A stretch of DNA of 64,000 bases from contig OZ360220.1 of NCBI GenBank assembly GCA_977017645.1, positions 277,388,001-277,452,000 of the forward strand. The letters are read 5' to 3'. The first letter of the stretch is position 1. Each line of letters begins with the position of its first letter. Below the pieces are notes generated by a model that saw only the letters and a list, made by a program, of their open reading frames with translations, made no database searches and was not told the origin of the DNA. The translations under genes were made by a program, and so were the position numbers. Positions 25,299 through 39,130 of this stretch are shown here, piece by piece. This DNA is from Torpedo marmorata. Its lineage: Eukaryota.

Positions 25299-27267
25299 CG
25301 CAGCAGCGCCAGACTCTTCAAACCTTGGTGAGAAAAAGTCCCCGAAGATCACATTACTGCAGAGCTAGATAGAAGACCAACTATCAAAAACATTCATGAA
25401 AATAAATCAACGTGATACATATGGAAAATATCAAGTTGATGCTAATTATTTAACTATTTGTTTTCGAAAAGTCGATCAAATGTGTACGAAATACGCATTT
25501 ATGTAGGGTTTTGACTTTTTTCATTTAAAAAAAAAGTTCATGTATCTAAGAGGTTACTACGTTTTATGGACACATGCAGTAAAGGCCAAACTATACACAA
25601 CTATCTAAATTAAAATGTTATGACTTAGTCGTTCGATTTAATTTCAAATCTTCTATTTTAAAACACAAGAGAGAGAGGCTTACTTGAAGTTGATATTATA
25701 TACCAAACGTGTAACATGCGAAGGGTAATAATTAGAAAACGGAACGGGTGTTTAATTAACTTCCGTGAATTTACTTTGTAGAAAACAAAGATCATATAAA
25801 TAGATTATATTACATTATTACATAGTGAACAGGTCGATTTTCACGTTTGTGCCACAGAAATATTCTGGTAACTAATTCCTAAGGTAAAAGAATAACATAT
25901 TTATTAGATTACTGTGCTAATTCATTTATCTTGCACCTTTAACTTTTCTCACGCCAATGAGCAGGAAAGCTTCTCGAACATCGTTTCAAATCAACTGAAA
26001 ACTGATTTCTATGAAGGCATTTGAAAGAAAGGCCGAAATTGTTTCTTTGTCGACTAATTCAGTAAAATAGCATCGCAATCTCAACAAAATAACATTTAAG
26101 TATTTATTTGTTATCTAATATGTAAATGAGACGGATTATTTTAAAATATCGTAGTTATTATGCATTTCTGTGAAAGACAACATATCTTCGATATCTTATT
26201 ACATTGCTTGTTCATGAAAATGTGGTGGGATGAGATCGAACCTAGGTAGTTTGTGACACGAATTCACTGAAATCAGAGAAAAAAAATGGACCTGCCCGTT
26301 TTATGGTACTTTAGTGAAAGAGTACTTTAATGTAATAATAGGAGTCTTGTATGGACAAAGTTTTCTGACGTTAAAAACAATACCAAATGGTTAGATTACT
26401 ATAATTGCCTTGCAATAGTCATCTTCAAGAACGGGGACGATTGATCAGCAGTTCATTAGCATGGAAACGTAAACGATTTCTGGTCTTACTCTCGAAAATA
26501 TTATGGTGATTTTATCTTGAAACTGTTAGTGGCACTTGTGCTATAACTGATGTAATACATTTGCCCTCAGAGTGAGCCTCTATTCGTGTTGCACTCTACG
26601 GGAATGGTTTAATATCACGAGTTTGTTTTTAAAGTTGTCCATTTACGCCACCGGAATAACGAATTTCTATATGAGCTTAATTCCTTTATTCCTTTATTCA
26701 ACCGAGTGGCCAGAATATCCCACAAGTATCATATAGAGGGGGAAATAGCGTTACGTTGTTCCGTAATTTATTTACAACGCCAGGAAAGCCTGCGCGCACC
26801 CTTATCTAGCAGGTATGAAAGAGAAGGGGGCGATGGAACAAAGGAAGGAAAAGGAAAATATGATTAGAAGTAGTAGCTACCAAAGGCTTCTTTAGAGACT
26901 GAAAGTCACTGTTCCTATATTTCACTGGCAATATTCTTGTTTTCTCATTCGAAGCCAAAGGAATGATTCGTTCACATTGCGTTGTTATTTTGGTTCAGAC
27001 ACCTATCGTAAATTCACATATAAATCCAATGAAAACAAGCGCTACCCTTTCTAAAACAAAGTAAACAACTACTGACATTCTCCCTATCTCAAAAGTCATT
27101 CAACATTAATACTAAGCAGAACACTGATCAAATTGTACTTTTATGGCGTCACTGGCAAAATGTTTCATCAAAAACATTATTTTAAAAGAAACAAACTAGC
27201 TCACTAAATTGTCTCGTTTTAAGTTCCGAATAGTCAAAGATTTTAAAATAGGTTAACTGTTGACCCG

Positions 27268-27342
27268 AAATGCAATATCAGTGTAAATGTATATATATAT
27301 ATATAAAAGCACCTAGTGTACATTTACACTGATATTGCATTT
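27268..27342. repeat. Perfect 24-bp inverted repeat with 27-nt loop
   Basis: AAATGCAATATCAGTGTAAATGTA (27268-27291) / TACATTTACACTGATATTGCATTT (27319-27342). Confidence 0.95.
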
Positions 27343-30300
27343 ATATATATAAATAACAGTGAACGTGGAGTGTGGATTAACATCGATTTATAGAAATAAG
27401 AAGCAGAGCATAGATGCCAGCGGCGTTCAGCTCTCGTACATCAGGACGTCAGTAAATATTCTTCTAGTGATTTAGGTGGCAGTACAGCTGCCATTATATT
27501 TTTTTCCCAAGATTGTGCATACATTGTTTGATTTCATCTTTAGTTTATTGGCGTTTGAAATATTGTACCAAAAGAGATAAGGCACAAGAAGTGAGATCAA
27601 TTGCAAACAATATAAAGAGGCTGCTTAACGCCTGTCGAAATGTTCCTTTTAGTAAGTGGTGCTAATTCCATGCTGCCGGCATTAATATTTGCCATTCCAT
27701 ATTAGGCAATCTGTAAATTAAATATTCAGCAGGAGATGAATAAAAATATTGTTTAAATTGAAGGTGCGTGTCTCAGCTGTACCGTCTTGCGGTGTATAAT
27801 TGCATACGGTCAGGGAGAATGCATTGTGACACCACGCCTTACCTTAACACTGTCTTATATCAAACATCCCCACTTACCACATCTGCGTGGTGCAGAACGC
27901 AGGGGATTTCAAACTCACTTTGCTGAGCTTCAGAAAACTGAACTTCACCTGAATGTTTAGCTCCCACTCCTTTTGTTTCTTATAAAAGCCACCCCATTCC
28001 TTCTGTCCAGTGATAGCTTATTAAAGTCTCCTTTGTCCTTTCGTATGCTGTCTTTATAATGTTATGGAGAGCGTGAGTTAAATTTTCACACAGTAATCAC
28101 GTGCAAGGTTCGAGGGACGTTAATGTATAATCCGAAGAGCAACAATTTGTAAACCGAGTTTAACCGCCTCAATGAATAGAAAGGAATAATCGCCGAAACG
28201 TCAGATTTTCCTTTTTTTTGTCCCCCACAGAAAGAATATTCGAAATATGCGCATGCTTTGAATCGTTATCAGGGAGAAGAAGACTACGCCGAAGTATGGC
28301 TCTGAAGTTAAAAAAAACCGCGATATCACAAAGACTGGTTAAACTGTGAAATAAACTTTCCTATAAACTTTAGTTTGAGAGAATTTTCGGAGCTCCCCTT
28401 TCCTTTGTACTTAAGACTCCCTTTCAGAAAGTGAGTATTCACAAAGACGTCTCTAAATAGTGCCTTGAAAGGTGTTCACATGAGGACACTGTCTCCTTTC
28501 TAGCAAAAGAGAGCGAAGATCTGACAGGTTTTGTTGTCAGTAGTATAGTGAGAGCTTTGTAAGATATTCGTTTTTCTTTCTCTAAATGCTCCAACTTAAT
28601 AAAGACCCCCCGTCTTAAAGCGTGCATGCCCTGCTGTCTCTGTCCACTCTGTGTCCAGTCTGTCCCTAAAGCCCCCACGTGATGTCTGCTAACATAATTT
28701 TAATGATTTTGTCAACGTACACAGAATTAATTTTCATAAAAATGCAAAGCGAGCCACGTCCATTGCAAGTATGCCCCCACCCACACCCGCCTCCTCCCAG
28801 TTTTTTGAACCCCAATGCTCCGATGTTGCTCTTTCACTTTTAATTCATCCCATTTCAAAAGAAAGGATTTCAAACCTGCAAAAAAATTTGCCCCATTCAG
28901 ATTAGGAGCGTTTATTTCTTGCCTGGCCTTTGAACAGAGAGGTCATGTCACTCAGAAAATGGCCATTCCTTCCCTCTCCCTCTCCCTCCCCATCGGCACA
29001 ACGACGGCGTTCACTCGCTCTCACTCCAAACAAAATCTCGGTCCGGGCTGGCTTTAAGGCAACATGCCACAAAGATTAAAGATTTGGCATTTTACAAGAA
29101 GACGAGGTGCTCCTGTAATCATAGCAACGGTATGTAGGCCACAAAGTGCTACCAATCGGCTAGTGATGTCCTCCCTGGAGCGCTCGAGTCTCGGCTTGTA
29201 GGATTTTTTTTTTTATCGACTGTTGCTGCTTCCCTCCATACCAAGTCTCTCTATGAATTAAAATTAAATATGGCTGACTCAATATCAGCAATAAGCCAAA
29301 TATATTAGAAAGAGCGATGTGGCCGGCGTGGAGTCATTACCTGGCACATTTAGGTTAAAAAGCGCTTCGCTTACATTATGCGATTGATGGCATATTATCT
29401 GTTAGTTTTTCATTCTGGTTTTTTTTCCGAACTTGCTTGGTTATGCAGGGAAATGTATGTTGACGGGAACGTTTAGCAGTGGATTATTTACGAGGGAATC
29501 AGGGGGTCAAGTTCTGGTCTAAGTGGCACATCTGCGAAACATTGAGGCTACTAATTCACCAAAGGCTGCGTGGCTTTTATTGTAGACATATTGGGGAATT
29601 AGTAAGAGTCCGCGTCCCCCCTTCGCAAGGGGGAGGGGGGTCTGATTATATCATGATGTATTGCTGGCTCCACGTTCAATCTGTAACACTGCAGCTAAAA
29701 TGTGAAGACGGAAAAAAAATCTAACAAAACACTCTAGCCATCCATTATGAAGAAAAATAGGAGCCATGCTGAGAAATTAGGTAAATAAATTCTAAATTAG
29801 AAGAATATTAACCACAACATCATTCACACAGCTCCACGCCTGTCTATCCTGATGTGCAATTAAATTAAAGCAAATTCACATAAGAACGTTTTCTGGTTGT
29901 AGTGCAGTTTATACTTGAAAAATCTCTATTGTACGCCCCTTATCTCCGTTGTAGATCCGATGAAACAAAGCTTATTTTGGGGCGGAGGGGGTAGGGGAGC
30001 AGGGGGCTTATGCTATATTAAATCCAAAAAGACTATATGAATGGTCCCAGCTTTATCTCATAAAACTGTCCTGAATGTTCAAAGAGAATATGTGCCAGTT
30101 CATCAATTTCTCCTTTCTCTTCAAAACGATTCAACATTTACAATAGACCTACCTCGCACATGTCATTGCAGGAAGGCAGATGTTAGTTTTTCATACGTTT
30201 CATACAATGACTAGGTACATGCATTACGTTGAAAATGTCTCAGCCCGCTCATGTTCTATGCTAAATGATTGTTACTTCAGATGTAGAGAAAATGGGGTGT

Positions 30301-32099
30301 AATTCAGATCAATCAGACAGCATGTGTGATTTTATTTTTACTTCAGGGAAATGATTTAAATGCTCAAAAGTAAAATAAAAACTGTCCTTTCACCCTCATC
30401 AATAACGTGGTACGTGCTAATTGTATTTGCTAGTTTGCATTAACATATAATACAATTCAAGAATATGTGCGCCGTGAAAAATATGTTTTATTTGATTTCG
30501 CTGTTCTGTGATTGGTATCTTGGCGGGTTAGTTGTGTATATATAATAATCTATAGAGGGAGTGAGAGACCGTTATTAGATGCAAGAGCCGGTGACTTTTC
30601 AATACGTTCGCGTTAAAGCAAGCCACTGATAAAATTGGTCTCAGCATGGTGTATAATTGCAACAGAATGTTTTCAAATAACATTTAAGAAAATAGTTGAT
30701 CATGGAGTCAAAATCAGACAGGCTGCTGTGTACTCAGAATGTTCTGACACTATTGATGCAAGCCCAAATGTTAGTACAACCAGTAATGTTCCTTATTCAT
30801 GTTTAATTTTTCACATATGTGTTTGTAATGAAAATAAGGAAATGTGTCCTATCAGATGTATAAAATGGCACAATCACACCATAGTCCAAGCCGCACCACC
30901 GCACACACGGTTAGTGTGGCCTACACGAGGAGAATTTTCTTGCACATTTAATGAAGTAAATATGTCCACATATAAGATTTGTGCACTGTAGAGGATGTCT
31001 TTAAAAATGTATTGACGTCACAGTGATCGCAGTGTACATCAGAAGGAATCTCCTGACGTTTCTACTGACTGTTTTAGGTTTCATTATGTGTATGCCCGCA
31101 GTAGAGTCCACAGTGACATTCCAACCGAACGCATCTCATGTGTCCCCTTGAACTTCAAGTGACGGGTTTCCACTCTGCACTTTATATGTGATCGACATGT
31201 TTCCATTTACTTTAACATTCCCCGAACCCCAGGTCCACAAACCAAAGTCGTTCTCCCCACCTTCCCCGCCACCCATCCGATCTCCCATCTTCTTCTCTCT
31301 CATTTGACTTTGCATTTAATTGTCATCCTTTAGAACTCTTGTAGCAAATCACAGTTCCAAAATATGTTTCTATGTGAGTTCGCTCGCCTTGTTCAAAAAA
31401 CGTGCCTGTTATAAATCAATTTCTGTTCCATTTTTTGCAACCTTTGACTTCCCTTCCGTCTGCCCATCTCTCCTTTACCGCGCACGTACACACACACACA
31501 CGTAAATATAACTAACTAAGATGCACATGCCACGTGTTGATACATTTGTACTTAATGACAACAAACCTACGTCCAATCTCAATAGAAATAAAGCTCTTAC
31601 TTTTTGCAGATATTCCCTTCTGGCCGCTGCCTTCTTTAATTATGTGTACTAGATTTCTTCCCTGTGGTAAAAACAAGCCTGGTGTTTTGGATGGAATCTC
31701 GATGCAGTGGGGTTTTTTTTTTAAGAAGGGACTTAGTGCCCCTAACCCAAAAGCTCCCAGTTAAGTGCAGATTGAGACATATCGGGTTCCTTATAAAAGG
31801 ATCATTTCATGTGGGAGGTTGGACACAAAGTTTGGACTCGTGACTTGCATTCCTGAGCGACATGCATATTTTAAAACAACAAAGCAGGCGAGCAACAAGG
31901 CTTAGAGCAAAACAAAAACGTAAAGTCTGAGTGATGAGAATCAGCATTCAAAAAATTATATGCAATAGTTGCTGTCCTTTCAGAACACTCTGGATAACTG
32001 CAATGCCAACTTGTGAGAATTTTGGTTCAATTAATTGGATTGTTGATTAGTTTAATTCGAGGTAAAAATATGCAACAATTAAAATGAATAACGAAAAGG

Positions 32100-32153
32100 C
32101 CAGTGTGGTGATCCCGATTATGTGCACCAGTGTGGTGATCCCGATTATGTGCA
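32100..32153. repeat. Exact 27-bp tandem duplication
   Basis: CCAGTGTGGTGATCCCGATTATGTGCA x2. Confidence 0.95.
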
Positions 32154-33108
32154 TCAGTAAAATGTGAAGTATTTTCTCAGACCCAGCACGCTGCTACTGA
32201 CTTGGCTCATAGTGATTCCGTACTTATGTAATGAGTTCGGTTATTAATGGGTAATCAAATGAGGGGAAACTGAGACGAAATGGTGACAGCTGAAGAAATG
32301 GGCAGCATCACACGGAGCTTGTTGCCAAAAAGATGTCTGATTGCTTTATTCCTTTCATTCATGTAACATGTGATTCTAAAAGTAGAAAGTGAAAACGGAA
32401 AATCCGGGCGAAGTATCATGTACCACGGAAACGTGTCCTGTGCAGTTCAACGACACTGCCACGTTCTTCTCTCAACGGGATCGATTATTATTTCTCATAT
32501 GAAGCGCTATTTGCAACGTGTTGGAAATTGGAGCCCCGGCAGCAAAAAAGAAATGAAGACGAAACGAGGCAACAAATAGTTAGGACGTAGATATCTCTGT
32601 TAGTTGTCAGTGCAGGTCCATGGCCCGAGTATGCTAATGCAGCTCTGCCGTGGAAGCTGGAACTGCGCGCGCCTGTGTAGGGATCGATACCTGACCCATT
32701 GGTTTGGGCAATGTCTTATCTGGCCAAGAAATGATATTATCACCCTTGAACATTATATACAACAAATGTTACAACAAATGTCTTTCTAAATCAACACACA
32801 CGGTTCACTTAGTATACACCTCACTACCCCGTTTTCAAAAAAAGTCCTATACGAATAGAATGCTTAATGTCCGGTATCTTTTATTTTTAATCCATTGCCG
32901 CAGCTTGATTTGAAATTCTAGACATGTACATACACAATTAGGCAGCCGTCGCCTTGCCCGGTAACAGTTTTGAGTCTGATAGCTGACTGTGTCTGGTCGT
33001 CTGAGGAGAGGTGTGATTGGGATGGGGGTGGTTGGAGAGTGGAGAGGGGGCTCTTCATGACTGGTGGCTGGGGTAGGGGGGAGGGTTTGAGCAGACAAAT
33101 CTGAGTGA

Positions 33109-33146
33109 TAGAGAGAGAGAGAGGGAGGGAGAGAGAGAGAGAGAGA
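33109..33146. repeat. (GA)n microsatellite
   Basis: Direct reading. Confidence 0.9.
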
Positions 33147-35020
33147 CTACAATTTTTTTGCTGCAAAGCCTTTTTAAGAATGTAACCTTAATTGTGTAGT
33201 AAACGGTGATTCTATCAAATCATGCTTATGAATTTATCAAGAAAGAAAATACATCTGCAATCCAGCAACGTTGTTGACAAAGTAATCTCAATGCATCTAA
33301 CAAGTGTTATCACAACCTCATCCCAACACATGACCCCTCTACATCACCCCTCCCCAAAACACACACAGACATGCACACACACTTTTGCCTATAAATGTTT
33401 CTTGAGAAAGCGTAGTAATCTTTGAATTGCAAGAACCTTTGAATTGAGGCATCGACGATTAAATATCCAGCATGTAACTGCATTTTATATATTTTTTTCT
33501 GAACACTAGCGGAAAGAAAACTTTTACTGTTAGAAAAGTAAGTGTCTTTCCTTCCAAGAACAAGAAGTTTGCCTTTCAATGAAATAAATAGCGATTCTAC
33601 TACTTTGGTCTGAGAGTAAGCCGCGGAAGGTCATAATGGAGTTCCCAGTGGTTGACACAAGAATCTGGGTTGTGTACCAGTACCCTCTCTTCTAAAAGAT
33701 GGCGAAGTGTGTGATGTGAATTTTTTTGCTGATTTTTTTTATATGGAGTGGGTGGACGCTGGAACTTGGATTCATCGATGTGGGGTTTGAAGCGTTTTCC
33801 TGACAAGTGGGTATAATAAATGAGAATCGCTTTCAGATGGATATCTCAGTCGTGAAATTGCGCCCAGCTGGTTGTGTAAGCAAACAAATAGTCTCGTGTA
33901 AGACTCTCGACTTGCAGGTTGATGAATAGAACACGACATTGGTAAATGGGCATTTAGCTCATTTAGGAATAAAACTCTTGGTTCTCTAAATGAAAGACAC
34001 GGAGACGCCATGCACCCAGAACAAGTCGCTATTTTTTTTTTAAAAGAGTTTTATTAGTTTCCACTCCTTCACACACATTTTGCCATTAATTCCAAATGTC
34101 ACTCAATTAACAACCAGATCATCAGTGCAAAAATTGACCGAGTCCTAAATTCAACCGCACGTACGGAGATTAATAGATTTGTTTTGTGAAAATATTTGGT
34201 TCGGAAGTGCGAGGACTTAGAAGGTAAATGTATTTTTCCTGTTTGACAAATGGCACCTGCCTGTAAAATAAAACCACCTTTCTCTGCAACCGCTCTGGGG
34301 GCAGGGGCGTCCAATTTGGGTGTTTTAAAAGCAAATTACTTTTCAGGATTAATCTCAAACCCTCGCGTTCTCCAGAACGATATTGAATATAACACCAAGG
34401 GATTCGCTCTGCATCTTAAAATCAGGCTGATCAAATATCTCTTTTTATTTTGCTATTTTTAAAGCGTTCTGAAACTGTAAAGAAAAGTGACAAGAGTTTA
34501 GTGGTGAAAATAGGCAGGTGGAATGAAAATAAATTCATTATGCTAAGATGGAACTGTAATAAACACATATTAAAAGAAATGGTTCAAACAACAAACAGAC
34601 AGTACTTAGCCTTTACATAGTTATATCCCTAAGGACTTCCCCTTATGATTTTTTAAAACAAACAGTATGGTTACATCAGTTTGAAATACACCTGAAAAAC
34701 ACTGGCCAATTCATTTCAGAAACTGAAGTCAGCAAAAACAAAAGCGAAAGGTTAATTACAGGCAGTGGGGTCAAAAGCGAAAACGGAAACTCAGAAAAAG
34801 GGGACATGGCAATGTAGTTTAGGTACAATTAAACAGTCAAGACTTTACAAGTGGATCTCCAAGATGAAGTCGGGACTTAAACAAGAAGAAAGACAAGTGT
34901 GAATATTTAAGCAAAGAGAGAGGAGAGATCTTCCAGCAATGCTTCAGGTAGTGGGCTCAAACATTCGGAGAAACAATTGTAAGAAGGGAGTGTTTCACCG
35001 AGTTTAATCCGAACTGTGGG

Positions 35021-35167
35021 NNNNNNNNNNNNNNNNNNNNNNNNNNNNNNNNNNNNNNNNNNNNNNNNNNNNNNNNNNNNNNNNNNNNNNNNNNNNNNNN
35101 NNNNNNNNNNNNNNNNNNNNNNNNNNNNNNNNNNNNNNNNNNNNNNNNNNNNNNNNNNNNNNNNNNN
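35021..35167. other. Assembly gap
   Basis: Run of N. Confidence 1.
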
Positions 35168-37732
35168 GAATCAAAACCACAAGATGAAGCATTTAAATGA
35201 GAATTCAGGAAAACAGATTTGAGGGAATAATGTTTGTGATAATTCAGGGCAAAGAAATGGAGTAGGAAGGATGAAGAAAACCTATTGAATTCTACATCAA
35301 ACAGCTCAATAATAGGACTAAAATGCACTTTTACCTTTTTAAAAATAAGGGGCGAAACGTTTTGTGAAGAATAAAACATAATTGCAAACTAAACATATTT
35401 TATTATAGGAACATTGCACAGCTGTTTTCATGTTTCAACAAACGTATACTAACATAGTTAAATATATACACGTACCCTGCATTTAATTTTCCAGACTCAT
35501 GTTCAGATTAATTTATGCAATATTGGCAATATTAAACCCCCCATCCACCACCAGCTTCCATTCCCCAAAACATGTAACCAACCCCTTCTCTTCTCCCCCC
35601 CCCCGCCACACAAGGCTAGCTTTTCAATTTCAGCTACTGAATGTTCAACTGGGGATATCTCATTGCTCCAACTTCCCCCAACACCCCAATATCCCCCACA
35701 CATCCCAAATTATCCTTTAAACGTCCTAGACTTTTGGAATACATTAATTTCTGAAACATTTTCTTCAATTCAGGGCCTTATTTCATTGTGAGTTTGTTCC
35801 TCAGGCATGACTCTAATCCACCCTCTCATATTAACTATGCCGCAAAGTCAATGGTTAAAAGTCACGATGTCACAGATGTTAGATGCTTCTTGGTAAAATA
35901 ATATGAGAGTCTTGCTTTTAACGTCAGAAGAATTTATTGGGGAGAAAAGAACAGCATGATTATAAATTAAATCATTTGCAAAAATTTATTTCAAATAGGA
36001 AAGGAACAGAAAGGAGCATTTAAATAAAACAGTTGTGTGTGAAAACGTGTTTTATTACACTAAAAAAAATCACAATTTTGATTGAAATGAATCATTGTTG
36101 TACGTAGAGCACAACTAAATAATACAAATATAAGTAGCTAGAGAACAACTCCAGGACACCAAAGTATAATCTACGTACCAGTCAGATTGGCCATACATTG
36201 TAAAATTTCCATCTTTAAAAAAAATATATCTTGACGACATAAATTAAACTACGGATTTTGTCTCCAAGATGCGTTGATTTTTCTTTTTCAAATGTAAAGG
36301 CTGAAATCAGTCAGAAGAAAATAATATTTTTAGGTGCGTCAAAATCCTTTTAAGACCACCATATTCATTTGCTGCCATTTGGTGTAAATGAGCCTGGCTT
36401 CTCGTGTCATCAATGTATTTGTGCAGACTACAATCCCTCCAAGTAAAGGGCAGCTTTTAACATAAACGTGCTCGTCATCCCCAGAACAATCAGTGTTTTT
36501 TTCTCAGCCTGCATCACAATGCATTGTCAAATGCAACAAATAAATGTCGAATTCAGGTATCTAGAGCTGAAATTAACCTTCAGTCTCAGTTTAAATATTA
36601 ATATTTTGTGATGATCTAGACTGCTTTTGAAAGAACTGTTACTATTTGAATATCCAAATTAAATATATTGCTCGGAAAATCTACCGGGTAGCGACACAGT
36701 TACATTTCTTTCATGGAAAATGTAAATTAAAAATAACAAAGCAAGAGAACATTTTGGGAATAAAGCCTTTGGCTGTTTGAGCACAGATATTAACGATTTG
36801 TCAATTTCACAAAATGTCTGCGAAGGTTTAAAGTAGTCGGGAGTTAAAAATAGACACGATTAGTTATTAAACAATATGTGCTCAGTGTACAAATACGTCT
36901 TTAGGATGAAGTACGTGGAATGCAGTATTTACACAGTGACAGACCTGCGTGTTCAATGCCCATCATGGACAACATCAAGAGTATTAATTTCTGTAGAATG
37001 GAATCGCGCGGTATTAACGGGATAGATTGCTACATATACAGGAATGAAGTCTTACATCTCACATGAAATAGAAAAGATTTGTTTATATATGTTAATTCAA
37101 AAAGATAATTAGAAACAGTGCTCCAAAATATTTTTTAAAAAGTATTTTGGAACGCAACTCCTACCCCCACAGTTCTTGACTTGAAATACCGCGGGACGCC
37201 CCTGTTCTACTCTGTACGAACAAGTTTAGAAAGTATTTTAATTGGATTTGACGGTGAAACGATGAAAAATCATTATCTTTTAGGGCTTTGATGTCTAAGG
37301 GCGGCCGCACAAGGGTAATGTGAAAGTCCGGGTTGAAGGAACTTGGGGCCTAAGGGCAAGGCTCACAGCGACAACAGACAATAAGTTGTAGATGAGCCCA
37401 GTGAAACTACACTGAAATATCCATAATGTTAAGTGTAACCTGGATGTGCTCAGTAATGTTTGTTTTAATTTGGTACTTCATCTTGACTGGTAGACATGTA
37501 TATAAAGTGTTACTGCATATGTTGTTATTCGCTGCATACAAACAAGCGCAGAAAAACGTATATAGACAATTCATTTACACGTTAATTATTCCATCTAAAA
37601 GAGTCTATGGCCATCGCCTTGTGTATCATGCAGCTTTGCGACTTGAATGTTAAAAACCCCAAGCGGCCACATAGCAGGTTCTCGTTAAATGTAAATAGAA
37701 ATAGAAAGCTTGGAGAGTAAACTGAATGTGCG

Positions 37733-37878
37733 NNNNNNNNNNNNNNNNNNNNNNNNNNNNNNNNNNNNNNNNNNNNNNNNNNNNNNNNNNNNNNNNNNNN
37801 NNNNNNNNNNNNNNNNNNNNNNNNNNNNNNNNNNNNNNNNNNNNNNNNNNNNNNNNNNNNNNNNNNNNNNNNNNNNNN
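37733..37878. other. Assembly gap, abutting a (CA)n tract
   Basis: Run of N. Confidence 1.
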
Positions 37879-37897
37879 CACACTCAAGCACACCCAC

Positions 37898-37930
<33 letters not shown>

Positions 37931-38025
37931 CACACACACACACGCGCGCACACACCCACACACTCACGCACACCCACACACACACAAACACGCACACACC
38001 CACACACAAACACACACACACACAC
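37879..38025. repeat. Imperfect (CA)n microsatellite
   Basis: Direct reading. Confidence 0.95.
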
Positions 38026-39130
38026 AATACTTTCACTCCCACCAGCACAGAGACACATTTGCAGCCACTTTCTCAGATTCACAGTATGCCTTTTGCTGCT
38101 TTACTCTGGGTTGGTTGTTACGTTTAATTTCGATGCAGAGTTGTTAAAGCAAGCTCTCCCATGACAGTGTGTGCTAGAGGTTTGACCCGGATTATAAAAC
38201 ATTAATGAAAGCAGCAACTGCTCAATTGAAATCTACAACAGCCTGCTCTGGGCAAGGCACAGCAGTCTTTACTATATAAAAGAGATAGGGTTTTCAAATC
38301 TTTCATTTTTTTTTAGTTCAGATATAACTTTAGTGCTCATTGTTAGAGAAGAGGAGGGAAACACAATATTTATATGATTATTAAGACCCGGCAGATTATT
38401 TTCCCATATATCCCTGGGATGGGAGTCCTCTAAAATGTATATTGTCGACCATTGAACTGAGAACATCTACAGTGAACAGATAACACAGACACGGCTACGA
38501 TAGATCTCTTTTATATCACTTTTGTAATTGTTCCAACATAACAACCATTTTACAAGAATATTCCATCATTCCCACAGAACAACGCCACAGTACAGCGTTT
38601 GCAAGAGTACAGCGCTTGTACTTTTTTCGACGTTGTGGTTTAAAGTCTACAGGTAAACAGGCTTGGCAGTTTGGTTACATGATTAAAAACTGAGGTGTGG
38701 AGCGTGATTTAGGGGCCTGGTGATGGGGACCAACAGAAAAGTAATACTTTTTATTTCCACGTGGAAAATCGGAGACAATGCGGAGGTGGGATGGGTGCCG
38801 TTCTCATAAACAAAATAAAATTTTAATCAAGATTAGTCGCGAATATAAATCAGCAACTTCGGTCAAACTAATTCCATAGTTCATGGAGACCAAAGAGAGA
38901 AGTGCCTTGGACTTCAGAACAAAACTACAGAGGCAATGGGAACCGGCCCAGAATACAAACGTTCTTTAGAGGGTCCGCTGTGTGAGAGTTTAAAAACATG
39001 TTTTCTCTATTAACATTTAGGAGTGCTTTCATAATCTGATAACTTTTTAAAACGTCAGTCTCGCCAATACTGCAGGCTAGTTGATACGCTTAAAGCGACA
39101 AAGTTTTTTTTAAACGTTGTGCTAAATTAT

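Noticed and set aside
27464-27484. Second CTCF-like match TTTAGGTGGCAGTA
   Set aside because: Lacks the 5' CCAS half of the motif
37582-38147. HT/CV-repeat ORFs and X-filled ORFs at the three gaps
   Set aside because: Artefacts of microsatellites and N runs
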